The notes below the pieces were generated by a model. The model was not told where the DNA came from. It worked only from the letters and a program-made list of their open reading frames with translations, and did no database searches. From the NCBI GenBank assembly GCA_963806225.1, contig CAWDXG010000004.1, forward strand, positions 2,880,001 to 2,944,000: a DNA stretch of 64,000 nucleotides. Direction: 5' to 3'. Both the position numbers and the translations under genes were made by a program. Source of the stretch: an uncultured delta proteobacterium. GTDB lineage: Bacteria; Myxococcota_A; Polyangia; Polyangiales; Polyangiaceae. Below, piece by piece: positions 46,105 to 57,301 of this stretch. Each line of letters starts with the position of its first letter. Positions within the stretch are counted from its first letter, which is position 1.

Positions 46105-48315
46105 GTGAGGTGGGGCAACCAGGAGCGACGAGCAGAGGGCGTTCATCCGGACTACGCGCAGGCGAGGTTGACTTTCCAGCGACCTCTGACGTTCGTGTTT
46201 GCCGGGGTATCGGTGGGCTGGGCCTTCGTCCTGTTCGATGTCCTGCGGCGCCACGACTGGGCGGGGGTACCCGTAGCTCGCCAGGTGCTGGGTTCGCTGG
46301 CGCTCTACGTCGTGGTGGGCGTCGTACTAGGCGGAGCTGCTTGGCTGGTCGAGCTGGGCGAGAGTGCGCTGACGCAGCGGATACAGGCGAGTCGCCCCCG
46401 GTTGGCGAACGCGTCGAGGGTAGCGCTCTACGCCGTGCTCGCAGCGGTCGCCAGCTGGAGCACAGGCTTCTGGGCGTTCAGCGGACACATGGCCTCGAGC
46501 GCGAGCTACGCCGGGTACGGGCCGTTCCTGCTGATCGGAGCATCGGCGGTAGCTGCCGGTCTTCTGGCGTGGGCGGTGGCGCGCACCTTCGCTGCGCTCC
46601 GTCGCGACAAGCGCCGCGGTCCTCTGCTTCTCGTCGCAATCGCGGCGCTGGCCGTGAGTGTCAGCTGGGTCGACCTGCACTTCATGTCGGGGCTCTACGG
46701 GCGGCTCCACACGGCGCTCGAGATTATCGCAGGCGTGCTGCTGTTCCTGACGGCCTACCCGCTCCTCTCGATGGTCGAGAGCCGCCGCGCGGTGTTGGGC
46801 ATGAGGTGGGGGGCCGGAGTCGCGCTGGCGTGGACGCTGCTCTTCTTCGGTATTCGGCCGCTGCGCACATGGTTGAACAGCGCGCTCGAGCACGTGTGGC
46901 TCCACCCGATCTACGTCGGCCGGATGCTGGCTCGCGAGCAGGAGGCCGAGGTGCTCCTGGTGCATCCCGGCGACTGGAACGACCCCGCGATGCTCCGGCT
47001 GGACAAGCTGCGCGCGCGCTACGGCGGCAGCATGACCCTCGATCCAGAGTGGGAGCGCCCGCTGGCCGAACCGCCCGCGTTCCGCGCAGCAATCCGCCGG
47101 GAGCGCGGCGATCGCCATGACTACAACGTGCTCGTCTACTTCGTGGATACGCTGCGCCACGATGTCGCGTCCGACCCCGGGACCATGCCCCACGTCGTCG
47201 CGTTCGCCCGGCATTCGCTGGACTTCAAAAACGCCTATTCAAGCGGCTCCGACACGTTGCGCGGCCTGCCGGCGCTGACGAACGGCAGCTACGAGCTGGA
47301 TGCTGCGCATCGCAACAACATCCTCGCGGTAGCGCGTCGGACGGGGCGCCGGCGCGTGATCGCCTTCCCGCAATCGGCGTACGAGTTCCTGGGCAAGCGC
47401 TACCCGGGCTTCAAGTTCGACGAGACGCTCGTCGTGCCCGACTATGCGCAGGAGCGGACGGATGTCTGGGCCTACGGCGCGGACCGGCCGACGGCCAGCC
47501 GCCTGGTCGACAGGTCACTTTCCTGGCTCCGGGAGAACCCTGGCAAGCCTTTCTTCATGTGGGTCTACAACTTCGACCAGCACAGCTGGCGCGAGCTCGA
47601 CAAGGACTATGTCGATCGGGTGGCGCGCCAGTATCACGTGCCGGAGCAGGGCGAGCTCAACCGGCGCTACCGCGTCGTGGCCACAGGGATAGACGCGCAG
47701 TTCGGGCGGCTGCTCGACGGCCTCCAGAAACTGGGTCTGGCGGACCGCACGATCGTGCTGTTCGTCGCCGACCATGGCGAAAGTCTGGGCCGGGACGGCT
47801 TCTGGGTGCACAACGTCTTCCTGTGGCAGTGCCTGGTGCGCGTTCCGTTGATCCTGCGAATCCCGGGCACACAGCCCGGGACCATCGACCAGAAGGTGTC
47901 GCTCGTCGACGTTGCGCCGACGCTGGCGCGCTACCTCCAGAAAGACCCGGACACGACCGGCTACCAGGGTGAGGATCTGCTCGGCTATCTGGTACCGCGA
48001 CGCCCCCCGCGGCGCCTTCCGTTCCTGATGTCCAGCGTCTCGCACGATGCACTGGTGCGCGTGGGGATCGTTCTCCCCGGCGAGCAGTGGAAGCTCGTCC
48101 TGACGCTCGACAACGGCCTACCCGCGCTCTACGACCTCAGCGCCGCCGATCCGGACGCCTCCGATCTGTCTTCCAGACACCCGAAACGGACGCTCGACCT
48201 TCTGGGACAGCTGGCGCGCTCGCCGATCTTCCCGCGGGGTGGCAATGGCGCGGCGACAAGCGTACCGACTCCGGGGCAACCAGGCGCGGACAAGCCTGCC
48301 ATTTCCAGGAAGTAG
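46105..48315 (+). CDS. Membrane-anchored sulfatase-like hydrolase/transferase
   Basis: About seven N-terminal TM helices; VDTLRHD, ADHGE, VRVPLILRIPG, SLVDVAPT; lacks the C/S-x-P-x-R motif. Confidence 0.85.
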   Translation: MRWGNQERRAEGVHPDYAQARLTFQRPLTFVFAGVSVGWAFVLFDVLRRHDWAGVPVARQVLGSLALYVVVGVVLGGAAWLVELGESALTQRIQASRPRLANASRVALYAVLAAVASWSTGFWAFSGHMASSASYAGYGPFLLIGASAVAAGLLAWAVARTFAALRRDKRRGPLLLVAIAALAVSVSWVDLHFMSGLYGRLHTALEIIAGVLLFLTAYPLLSMVESRRAVLGMRWGAGVALAWTLLFFGIRPLRTWLNSALEHVWLHPIYVGRMLAREQEAEVLLVHPGDWNDPAMLRLDKLRARYGGSMTLDPEWERPLAEPPAFRAAIRRERGDRHDYNVLVYFVDTLRHDVASDPGTMPHVVAFARHSLDFKNAYSSGSDTLRGLPALTNGSYELDAAHRNNILAVARRTGRRRVIAFPQSAYEFLGKRYPGFKFDETLVVPDYAQERTDVWAYGADRPTASRLVDRSLSWLRENPGKPFFMWVYNFDQHSWRELDKDYVDRVARQYHVPEQGELNRRYRVVATGIDAQFGRLLDGLQKLGLADRTIVLFVADHGESLGRDGFWVHNVFLWQCLVRVPLILRIPGTQPGTIDQKVSLVDVAPTLARYLQKDPDTTGYQGEDLLGYLVPRRPPRRLPFLMSSVSHDALVRVGIVLPGEQWKLVLTLDNGLPALYDLSAADPDASDLSSRHPKRTLDLLGQLARSPIFPRGGNGAATSVPTPGQPGADKPAISRK

Positions 48316-48441
48316 TGATCGCGGGACCTGTCGATCAGCGCCTCGATATGGCCCGTCCCGGCAGCCGGCAAGCTATCCGGAATCCGCGCCACCAGGTCAG
48401 CGCTTGCGCGCGCGGCGCGGAGTCCGTAGCGTGGCCAGTGG

Positions 48442-49596
48442 ATGCGCCTGTCGCACGTCTCCTTGCTTGCGTGCCTCTCCCTGGTCGGCTGCCAGGTGTA
48501 CACAAGCTCGCTCCTCGAGAGATCGCGCGACGCAGGCACCAACGTCGCCAGCGGAGGGCAGTCGAGCGATGCTGGTGGGGCCGGGGGCGCCGCGGCGGGT
48601 AGCGGAGGGACTGCGGGCGATGCCTCGACCTGCAACCCGGTCCATCCGCCTCCGCGTCCGACGCAACCGAGCACGGGGGCGGGCGGAGGCCCGGGCGACA
48701 TCGTGTTCGCGCTGAAGGATATTGTCCTCGACCAGGCCGGGGACAAGTGGCGCAGCATCGGCTACGATCTCGACGACCTCTGTTCCGATCCGCCCAATCC
48801 GACGGTGGAGTGCACGGCCCCAAGCGGCGGCCCAGCGGAGATCGATGGCGCGCGTGGCACGGACAACGCGTTCGGGCACGACGTGTTTCCGTTGGTCAAG
48901 ACGACGGATCCGACGGCGGAGACCCAAGCGCAATCGTCCCAGGACAAGGGGCGCGGAGCCCTCATCCTGCACATCAGCGGCTGGAACGGGGCAGACGACG
49001 ACCCGGCAGTGAACGTCTGGATGGCGCAGAGCATCTATGCCGTCCCCGCCGGTGCAACCGCTGCCGGCCAACCGAACTGGGATGGCACGGATAGGTTCTT
49101 CGTCGACCAGAGCGCGTTCGCCGGAGGCAATCTGGCCACGCCACTCATCGGCAACGACAACGCCTACGTCGTGGGACGGACGCTCGTGTTCCGGTTCCCC
49201 GAGCGGGCTCCGATCTACTTCCAGAGCAGCAACGGTATGTTCGTTCTCAAGCTCACCGACGCAACGCTCACCGCGAGGATTAGCGCCAACTCGACGAACA
49301 TGGATCCCGTCATCGTTGCCGGTCGCTGGAGTCTGGTCGACATCGCACAGAACTTCGAGCAGCTGGGGTTGTGCAAGGGCTCGTTCCAGCGGAGCCTCGC
49401 GGACAACCTGATGAAGAGCTCGGCGGACGTGCGCAGCACGCCCGGCACGGGCGGGCCGGGGGCCACCTGCGACGCGATCAGCGTCGGTCTGCAGTTCACC
49501 GGCTACCGCGGAATGGTCGGGGGGCTGGCGAGCTCGCCGGCGGTGCCGCCGAAGTGCAGCCCGGACGGCGGCACCAGCGACGGGGGCACCGGCTAG
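48442..49596 (+). CDS. Hypothetical myxobacterial lipoprotein
   Basis: LVGC lipobox; IGYDLDDLCS, DGARGTDN, CDAISVGLQF motifs. Confidence 0.8.
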   Translation: MRLSHVSLLACLSLVGCQVYTSSLLERSRDAGTNVASGGQSSDAGGAGGAAAGSGGTAGDASTCNPVHPPPRPTQPSTGAGGGPGDIVFALKDIVLDQAGDKWRSIGYDLDDLCSDPPNPTVECTAPSGGPAEIDGARGTDNAFGHDVFPLVKTTDPTAETQAQSSQDKGRGALILHISGWNGADDDPAVNVWMAQSIYAVPAGATAAGQPNWDGTDRFFVDQSAFAGGNLATPLIGNDNAYVVGRTLVFRFPERAPIYFQSSNGMFVLKLTDATLTARISANSTNMDPVIVAGRWSLVDIAQNFEQLGLCKGSFQRSLADNLMKSSADVRSTPGTGGPGATCDAISVGLQFTGYRGMVGGLASSPAVPPKCSPDGGTSDGGTG

Positions 49597-51169
49597 CTCC
49601 GGCTGTTCTCCGTGCGGCCCAAAGCGCGCCCGATCCAGATGTAGAAGAGGCTCCATCCGGTCAAGGCCAGATAGGCCAGTGGCCCCCTTCCCGTGAACAG
49701 GGCGGGGGTCACCACGAAGATCATGAATGCCCCGGAGAGCAACACCGCCCCCGAACCCCTCACGCTGCGTGAACGAAAACGGCGCTACGTCCGGCGTCCA
49801 CGGTGAGCGGTAACTCGAAGGAGCTACATCGCCGGACCCAGAGCGCGTCGCCCATCTTCACATGATAGCACGCCGCCACGATGGTCCCGCGGCTCGGGCA
49901 CCTTCGAGTTCTAGAAGTGCACGCTCTACCCGGCCCAGCCCGGCCCCATCGAGGCATCGGCCAGCTCGTTCCGATCGGTTCGGCAACGTCCGCGAGCGGC
50001 GGCGGAGAGGTCGTCGCCGCTTCCGTCCTTCGCGGACCAGTCGCCGCACCAGCGGTAGAGGGCGGTGAGCTCGTCAGCGGGCCGTCCACACTACGCGGGG
50101 CTCCCGGCCATGGAATGCGAAGGTCAGACGGTAGTAGCCCGTGTACGGCGCTTCGAACGTGGCCTGGTACGAGCCGTCCGCTGCTTGCTTCCACTCCAGA
50201 GTGGCGATCAGCAACTGGCCGAACCACGCCGAAAGGGCGCGCGCGATCGTTCCCCACCACCGGAAAGCGAATCCGGGTGGTTGCCCGAGCTGTTGGTACA
50301 GGACCTGCGCCGCGCTGCGATCCGCGCTCTCTTGTCGCGCTGTCGTCCGCAGTGCAAGGTAGCCTGCCGGTATCGACACGCATCTGGGGCGGCGCCGGCG
50401 CCGCTGTCGGTTCAAAGTAGTCGGTCGGCAATGGTCACGAGACGCTGATCGCGCGAAGTATGCTCGCATACGAGCCAGCGTGTTCCGCAGATTGCTCGTA
50501 CCGACGCTTCTCGATGCCGTGGCGCGAAGGGCTTGCCAGGACCCGTGCTCTCGCGGTCGAACCGGGCGAGTGCTCGGGGAGAAAGTCGTATGCGAAGCAG
50601 TTGCACCACCAACGCGGATTGCGCTTCCGGCGCCTACTGCGACGGCACAGGGCACTGCGTCCTGCCGGCGGGAACCGGTGCCCCTTGCACTGCACAGTCC
50701 CAGTGCGGCAGCGGTCTGACCTGCGTCGACGGCGTCTGCTCCGGCGCTTGCGCACGGCAAGGCGATCCAACCGCCCTGCGGAACTGCGGCGCGCCGGGGT
50801 GGACATCGGCTTACACAATACCGGGTCTGCGAAGTCGATCCGGGGCTATGCTGGCGGCGGGAACCCTCAGCGCGTCGCCCCGCCGACAGTCCTGGACGGC
50901 AACGTTGCCTTCTTCGATGCGATCACCGTCGAGAAGAAGAACGGCGCTATCCCGTGTTTCTGGTTGTCGCCACCAGGCAGTAGCGAGGCGTCTCTATCGC
51001 GCCCGGCGGTCTCGCCCCTTGCCCGCGATAAGGGCAGCGTGGATCGGGGAGGTGTTGTGCGTGGCGATCTGCGCGCCGAGGGCTGCGCCACTGGACTGCG
51101 CACTGGATGGCTGCCCCACGACTAGAGCCGCTCCGGCCTCGAGTAGCTCGTGGGGATACGCCCGCGGGG

Positions 51170-51290
51170 CTAGTTCTTCGCCCAGATCGCCACCCAGTCG
51201 ACTTCGATCCGCCCGACCGAGGCGTTGCCGGGCAGCTTGCCGTCGAGGTTCGTCTCGGTCTGCATGACGTAGTGCATCGACGTGGACGCC
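51170..51290 (-). pseudogene. C-terminal fragment resembling a GH16 glycoside hydrolase
   Basis: Manual translation SMHYVMQTETNLDGKLPGNASVGRIEVDWVAIWAKN*. Confidence 0.4.
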
Positions 51291-51498
51291 CTGGCCGATC
51301 ACGTGGCTTTGACCGTCGTGCTCCACCGCGTCGAACGGGCTGCCCGGCAATGAGCGCGCGGCCATCGGTCCAGCGGAGCACGTCCGCGGGCGCAGCTTCC
51401 GAGGAACCGGATTCGACTGCTGCAGCGCCGGCTCTGCACGCGACGTAGCACGGTCGCAACGCGCATTGTGGCAGCGGCGGCACAGCGGCCTCTGTGAG

Positions 51499-53587
51499 CT
51501 ACGGGTACGTGCAGCCGTTCTGCACGCCCAGGTCGGCACTGTCGTACGTCTCGAGACGGCCGCCGCCGGCGCCGCAGCTCAGCTCGATATCGGTTGTGCC
51601 GTCCTTGGCGTAGATGTGATCGAAGCCGTCTGCCGCCGTAGACGCGATCCGCGCCCAGGCCGGCGTAGATGGTGTCGTCCCCGGTGTGGCCCCACAGCTC
51701 GTCGTTGCCGTCGAGGCCCCAGACCTTGTCGTTGCCGTCGCGGGCCCAGATGACGTTCGCGGCGTTGTTGCCCCAGAGCTCGTCGTTACCGGCGGCGCCT
51801 TCGAGCACCTCGAGATCCGCGGTGGGGGAGAACCGGGTCCAGGAGCTCTGCCCACAGTCGTTGTTTCCCGTGGTCGGGTTGTAGCTCAACGCGAATCCGT
51901 GGAAGGCGGTCACGGTGCTTGCGGCGCCGGCGAGCTGGGCGCGGATCGGCAGCGAGCCGGCGCGAGCGAAGCCGGCGATGTCGAACCCCGGGCCACCACT
52001 GTAGAAGTGTCCCCCGCAGGGATAGTCCGTCACGAGCTGGTCGTCGCCGCCCTGGCCGTACAGCTCGTCACCGTCCTTGTTTCCGTTCGCGGCCTCGCTG
52101 ATCAGCGCGTCGTCGCCGTCCCCGCCGTAGAGCTTGTCGTGCCCGGTCTCGCCGGCGAGCATCACGTCCTCGCCGCGGCTTCCGGTGAGCACGTCGTCGC
52201 CCGGGCCGCCGTCGAGCACCGCGGTCATCACGTTGGGCCATCCCGTCGTGCTCATGGTCAGGTGGTCGTTGCCCGACGTCGCCCCAGGCGAGCACGTACG
52301 ACAGCGTGGCGGGGATCGTGCACGTGACCACGCTGGGCTGGGTGGGCGCGCAGTTGGGTCCGGCGTGGAGCGTCGCTCCGTTGTTGGCCGTAACCACGAC
52401 GTTGCTGCCTGAAACGGCAAGGCCGATGTCGTCGTCGCCCGGGCTGCCGAGCACGACGAGCCCAACGTCGGTGATGGCTGACGCGGACGCCTTGCGCGCG
52501 TCGACGAATACGTACGGCAACGAGAGCGCCTTGCTCTCGCAAGCAGCGTTGCAGGGAGTGCCGTTGCAGGTGTCGGCGCCGTATCCGCCGTGGAACGTGC
52601 CGGGACCGGCGAAGGAATCGATGAACGGCGAGCCGACGACCTCCTCGATGCCGAGCAACGGCTCCGGCGTGCCGTCGCCCTGTGCGCGGCCCGCCTTCAC
52701 GTTCGTTTGGTTCGTGACCTTGATATCGCGCGTACGTGTAGATGGGGTCCGGGATCGACATCGACGCCGTCTACGCCGGGCGACTGCCCTGGCGGCGTCG
52801 CGGTGGCGAAGCTCGCGGTATCGTAGCCGGCGCCGCCGACGAACTCGTCGCGTCCCGTGTCGCCGCGCAACCAGTCGTTGCCGGTGCCGCCGTGCATGTG
52901 GTCACTGCCGTGCCCGCCGATGATGAGGTCGTCGCCGTCGTCGCCGTAGAGCGTGTCGTCGAGGATCCCGCCGTAGATGCGGTCGTTGCCGCCCTCGCCG
53001 TGGATCGTGTCGCTGCCGCCTCGGCCGAAGATGACGTCGTTGCCGCCACCCGTCAGGTTGCCGTCGTCGCCGAAGATCGTGTCGTTGCCGCCCCCACCGT
53101 CGACATAGTCGTCGCCGGCGCCGCCGTAGATCGTGTCCTCGCCGTCACCGCCGCACACGATGTCGTTGCCCCCCTTCGCGTGGATGGTGTCGTTGCCGGC
53201 GTAGCCGTAGATGAGATCGTTCCCGGCCGTGCCGACGAGGTTGTCGTCTCCGGACGTGCCCTTGATCACGTTGTATCCGGACGGCGGTGAGACGCACGGA
53301 TCCCAGCCGAAGTCCGCGGGCGGAAGACCGGCCACGGCCGTGCTGCCACCCGGATCGCACACCGCGGAACCGCCGGTCCCGGCGCTTCCGCCCGCGCCCG
53401 CGCTCGCTCCCGCACCCGCGCCGCCGCCCGCGCCCGCCCCTGACCCTGCGCTTCCGCCGGCGCCTGCACTTCCTCCCGCGCCCGTCGCGCCGGCACCGCC
53501 GGCTTCGGCTGGGACGGACTTCGCGTTCCGGGAGCCCGAGCAACCGACCACGGCGGCAAAAGCGACGAGGGCAAGCGCGCGGCGCAT
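51499..53587 (-). CDS. Lipoprotein with hemolysin-type (RTX) Ca-binding repeats, split by at least three frameshifts
   Basis: VVGC lipobox; many GGxGxD nonapeptides; reading continues across ORFs 52697..53587, 52068..52700, 51299..52465 and 51499..51855 with shifts near 52725-52755, 52273 and 51631. Confidence 0.8.
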
Positions 53588-53634
53588 GCCCTCGGTGTAT
53601 CAACCCGTGCTGTCGCTGTCGATGCGGAGCGCCG

Positions 53635-54570
53635 CTACGGCGCGGCGCAGAAGTCCGGCGCGTCCAGGGTCATGAGCCTCTGGTTGACGCAGACGCTGAG
53701 CGTGGACCCGTTGCACGTCGGGAGTTTGCCGGCCGCGCAATCCGCATCGAAAACTCCCTCGGTGTAGACGCAGCCCTGATGGCCGTCCGGCGTTGCGCCG
53801 CAGGTCCCGCCCATGCGCGAGCAGTCGTGGTAGCTGACCTGCCCGGCGCCGTCGCACCCGAGACGCACGTTGCCGTCGCAGTGATCAGCGCGGGTGCCAC
53901 CGGCGGGGCAGGCGGTGAAGTGGCGGTCGGTGCAGCCCGTCGGGCTCGAGGGGTCGCACTCCGCGTAGGCCAGCGAGCAGTCACGCGTGATGGTGTTGCT
54001 GCCCGCGGTGATGGTGGCGACCGAGCCCTGGCAGGCGGTCTGGGCGCCCGCCGGACCGCGACAGCCGTCTTCCTGGCAGCCGATGGCCGGATCGCGACCG
54101 CTGCTGCACTGGGCGACGGCGGCGCAGTCGCCCGCGTGCTGGTTCACGCAGCCGACGTAGTACTCCGCGCGCTCGTTCTTGAACGTGAGGTCGCTCATGG
54201 GGATGGCGCGTTCCGCCGACCACGTCACGTTGGTCACGCACAGGGCGATGCCGTTCAGCCGGTCCTTCTGGGTGTACTTCGCGTCCGACATCGCGCAGGC
54301 CACGTCGGTGGCACACGCCTGCACGATTTCCTTCGCCGTCAGCACCGGCACCGACGTGGGCTCGTCGGGAAACGCTTCGCTCGGATTGTGCGCGACCGGG
54401 CCCACCGGATTCTGCGGGCTGCCGCCGGAACCGCCTGAGCCACCTGAACCGCCGTTGTCGGTCGTGGTCACGACGCAACCGGTCGAGAGGAGCGCGGCTC
54501 CGGCGAACGCGATCAGCCCGAGCTTGTGGTGGAGGGGTGCAAAGGAAACGAGACGCTTGGAAAAGGTCAT
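53635..54570 (-). CDS. Cys-rich lipoprotein
   Basis: MTFSKRL...ALLSTGC lipobox, GGS linker, many Cys. Confidence 0.8.
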   Translation of the reverse strand: MTFSKRLVSFAPLHHKLGLIAFAGAALLSTGCVVTTTDNGGSGGSGGSGGSPQNPVGPVAHNPSEAFPDEPTSVPVLTAKEIVQACATDVACAMSDAKYTQKDRLNGIALCVTNVTWSAERAIPMSDLTFKNERAEYYVGCVNQHAGDCAAVAQCSSGRDPAIGCQEDGCRGPAGAQTACQGSVATITAGSNTITRDCSLAYAECDPSSPTGCTDRHFTACPAGGTRADHCDGNVRLGCDGAGQVSYHDCSRMGGTCGATPDGHQGCVYTEGVFDADCAAGKLPTCNGSTLSVCVNQRLMTLDAPDFCAAP

Positions 54571-54989
54571 GACAGCCGTTCCTAGCAGCGGGCGTGCCAA
54601 CGCCGGGTGGGCCATGCGCGCGGAGCCGGCCTTCGCTGTACAGGGGGGCAGCCCCCCGCAAGAGCGACGAGGGGAGCCAGCCCGAGAGAGCCTCGAAGAG
54701 CCCCATGCGAACGCGACCTCGCGCCGCACCCATGGCAAACTGGTCAGACCTGCGACGGAACGTGTTGCAGCGGAGCAACACACACCCTCGGGGGGCAAGA
54801 TCCGGCGCCCGGGCGCCGTTGAACGGTGTGCCAGGGCGCGGGCGATGAACATGCCCGCCTCGCTCAGGATCCGGTTGATCGATGCGTTGGCGTAGCCCAA
54901 GGCGTCGTTTTCCCCGCACCCCCCGGGCCTCCACTCGGAGCGAGTGCGCCAACATGTCCCGTTGACCTTCGCCGCTTGACAGGGCGAGT

Positions 54990-55010
54990 TCGAATGAATA
55001 TTCAATCAAC
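54990..55010. promoter_or_regulatory. TetR operator 1, overlapping the tetR promoter
   Basis: TCGAATGAATATTCAATCAAC, near-palindromic; TTGACA at 54976-54981 just upstream; 19 of 21 bases identical to the site at 55629. Confidence 0.75.
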
Positions 55011-55584
55011 CGTGCCCGCGCACGACACCGACAAGGCCGAGGCCATCCTCGGCGCAGCCCTGGAGCTGTTCGTCGATCGGGGTTTCCACGGCACTTCGGT
55101 GCCGTCGGTGGCCGATCGTGCGGGGGTGGCAGCCGGCACCATCTACCACTACTTCGCCAGCAAGGAAGCGCTGGTCAACGCCGTCTACCGGCGCTGGAAG
55201 ATGGAGATAAGTAGCCAGATTGTCGCGGATTTTCCGCACGACAAGCCGGCCAGGGAGCAGTTCCGCACGATCTGGAAGCGCATGGCCGACTTCGCTGTGG
55301 AGCACCCGGAGGAGCTGGCGTTCCTCGAGCTCCACCATCACTCGAGCTACCTGGACGACGAGAGCCGGGCGCTCGAGAACGGGGTGCTCGAGTTCGGCGT
55401 GGCGATGGTGAAGCGCGCCCAGGAGGCCGAGGCGCTCAAGCCGCTCTCGCCCACGCTCTTGATGGAGCTGGCCATGGGGGCTTTTCTGGGGGTTTTTCGA
55501 GCCGGTCTGGAAGGGCGCGTGCCCCTGACGCGCGAGACGCTCATGGAAGCCGAGCGTTGTTGCTGGGAGGCCGTGCGCGCTTGA
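54994..55584 (+). CDS. TetR/AcrR-family regulator (start ATG 54994 or GTG 55012)
   Basis: ILGAALELFVDRGFHGTSVPSVADRAGVAAGTIYHYFASKEAL HTH. Confidence 0.93.
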   Translation: MNIQSTVPAHDTDKAEAILGAALELFVDRGFHGTSVPSVADRAGVAAGTIYHYFASKEALVNAVYRRWKMEISSQIVADFPHDKPAREQFRTIWKRMADFAVEHPEELAFLELHHHSSYLDDESRALENGVLEFGVAMVKRAQEAEALKPLSPTLLMELAMGAFLGVFRAGLEGRVPLTRETLMEAERCCWEAVRA

Positions 55585-55628
55585 GCGGTTGCCGTTTGGG
55601 GGGAAGGGCGCACCGCTTTGTCCGTATA

Positions 55629-55649
55629 TCGAATGAACGTTCAATCAAC
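55629..55649. promoter_or_regulatory. TetR operator 2, upstream of the SDR gene
   Basis: TCGAATGAACGTTCAATCAAC directly before the AGGAGG RBS. Confidence 0.75.
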
Positions 55650-55662
55650 AGGAGGCCGACTC

Positions 55663-56562
55663 ATGGACCATCGAAGCTTGAAAACCGTGCTCGTGACCGG
55701 CGCCACCGCAGGCATCGGGCGTCATCTGGCTCTGGATCTGGCGCGGCAGGGCCACCGCGTGTTCGCCAGCGGCCGGAACGAAGCCGCGCTGGCGTCGTTG
55801 CGTGCGGAGGCCGAAGACGGGGGGCTCGCCATCCAGACCCTGAAGCTCGACGTGACCTCGCCCGCAAGCATCGCAGCGGCCGAGCTCGCGGTGCGCGAGC
55901 TGACGGACGGCTACGGCGTGGACGTCCTCGTCAACAACGCCGGCTACGGACAGGGCGGCTCGATGATCGAGCTCGGCGACGCCGAGCTGCGCGCGCAGTT
56001 CGAGACCAACGTGTTCGGACTGATGGCGGTGACGCGCGCGTTCGCGCCCGGGATGCTCTCGCGCCGGCGAGGCTGGATCGTCAACGTGAGCAGCGTCGGC
56101 GGACGCGTCACGTTCCCCTTCTTCGGCGCGTATCACGCCTCCAAGTACGCGGTGGAGGCGCTGTCGGATGCCCTCCGCGCCGAGCTGCACGCGTTCGGGA
56201 TCCACGTCGCCGTCGTCGAGCCGGGCCCGATCACGTCGAACTTCTCGGAGCGCGCGTTCACCTCCCTGCCGGCGGCGCAGGACACGTCTCCGTACGCCGT
56301 GTCGTACGCGCTCGCCGATGGCATCCGCGAGGCGTCGGACCGCGCCTCGTTCAGTCCTGCGCACGTCGCGCGCGCGGTTCGGAAGGCGATCGGCTCGCGT
56401 TGGCCACGCGCCCGCTACGTCGCTCCGTGGTTTCTCGCGCTGCCGCTGGCCCTGTTGCCGTTCACGCCGACACGCCTGCTCGACGCGCTGTTCCGCCGCG
56501 CCTTCGCGCTGCGTTCCAGGCCGGCGCCCGCGCTCGGGAGCACCGCGGCGGAGGGCTCGTGA
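55663..56562 (+). CDS. Short-chain dehydrogenase/reductase
   Basis: TGATAGIG, NNAG, SS, YHASK, EPG motifs. Confidence 0.93.
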   Translation: MDHRSLKTVLVTGATAGIGRHLALDLARQGHRVFASGRNEAALASLRAEAEDGGLAIQTLKLDVTSPASIAAAELAVRELTDGYGVDVLVNNAGYGQGGSMIELGDAELRAQFETNVFGLMAVTRAFAPGMLSRRRGWIVNVSSVGGRVTFPFFGAYHASKYAVEALSDALRAELHAFGIHVAVVEPGPITSNFSERAFTSLPAAQDTSPYAVSYALADGIREASDRASFSPAHVARAVRKAIGSRWPRARYVAPWFLALPLALLPFTPTRLLDALFRRAFALRSRPAPALGSTAAEGS

Positions 56563-57191
56563 AGCGGATCGCTCCGGGCGCGCTCGCGTTCGCCGCGGCT
56601 GTCGCCGTGACGACGCAGGCCGCGGCGCAGGCCCGCGGGGAGATGCAGAGCGATCTCCGCGGCTACTATCACGGCGAGCAGACAGCGGCGTACATCATCG
56701 GAGGCATGGGGCTCGCCGCCGCCGGCGGCGGCGCCTACCTCGTCACGAGGCGCACGGATTTCTCGCGAGGCCTGGGCTGGACGTGGGTGGCGATGGGCGG
56801 GCTCGAGGCCCTCGGGGCTGCCTTCTATTCCCTGCAGGTCGACGGGGAGCTCGATCACTACCAGCCAGCGCTGGCCCGCGACCCTGCGGCGTTTCGCGCC
56901 GAGGAGAGGGACCACCTGCGCGGCACGGAGTCGCGCTTCACCTACTACCGGGCCACGGAGCTCGGGCTGACGCTCGCCGGCGCGGGCATGCTCACGTACG
57001 GCCTGGTCGCCAAGCGCGACACCTGGACCGGAGTGGGTCTGGGGGGCGCGTCGCTGGCGCTGCCGCTCTTCGTGATCGACAGCTTCAACAACGCGCGAGC
57101 CCACCGCTACCTCGACCACGTCGAGAGCTTCAATCCGTCCGTGGGCGCGAGCGCCGGCGGCCTTTCGCTGTCGCTCTCCGGGCGGTTCTGA
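56559..57191 (+). CDS. Hypothetical exported/membrane protein
   Basis: GTGA overlap with the SDR stop; signal peptide; four hydrophobic segments; ends LSLSGRF. Confidence 0.75.
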   Translation: MKRIAPGALAFAAAVAVTTQAAAQARGEMQSDLRGYYHGEQTAAYIIGGMGLAAAGGGAYLVTRRTDFSRGLGWTWVAMGGLEALGAAFYSLQVDGELDHYQPALARDPAAFRAEERDHLRGTESRFTYYRATELGLTLAGAGMLTYGLVAKRDTWTGVGLGGASLALPLFVIDSFNNARAHRYLDHVESFNPSVGASAGGLSLSLSGRF

Positions 57192-57301
57192 GCGGAAGCA
57201 GATTCGCCGCGCGCGCGAAAATCCGGGCGCGCGGAACGGTTTGGTTTCCCCGAAGAACGCGCTAGACTTGTTCGCGGGGAGGCCCCGGGGAGTACGGCCG
57301 T

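Noticed and set aside
51499..53587. RTX toxin with programmed frameshifting
   Set aside because: It has a lipoprotein signal, no toxin domain or type I secretion genes, and no slippery sequences; the shifts match the window-wide insertion pattern.
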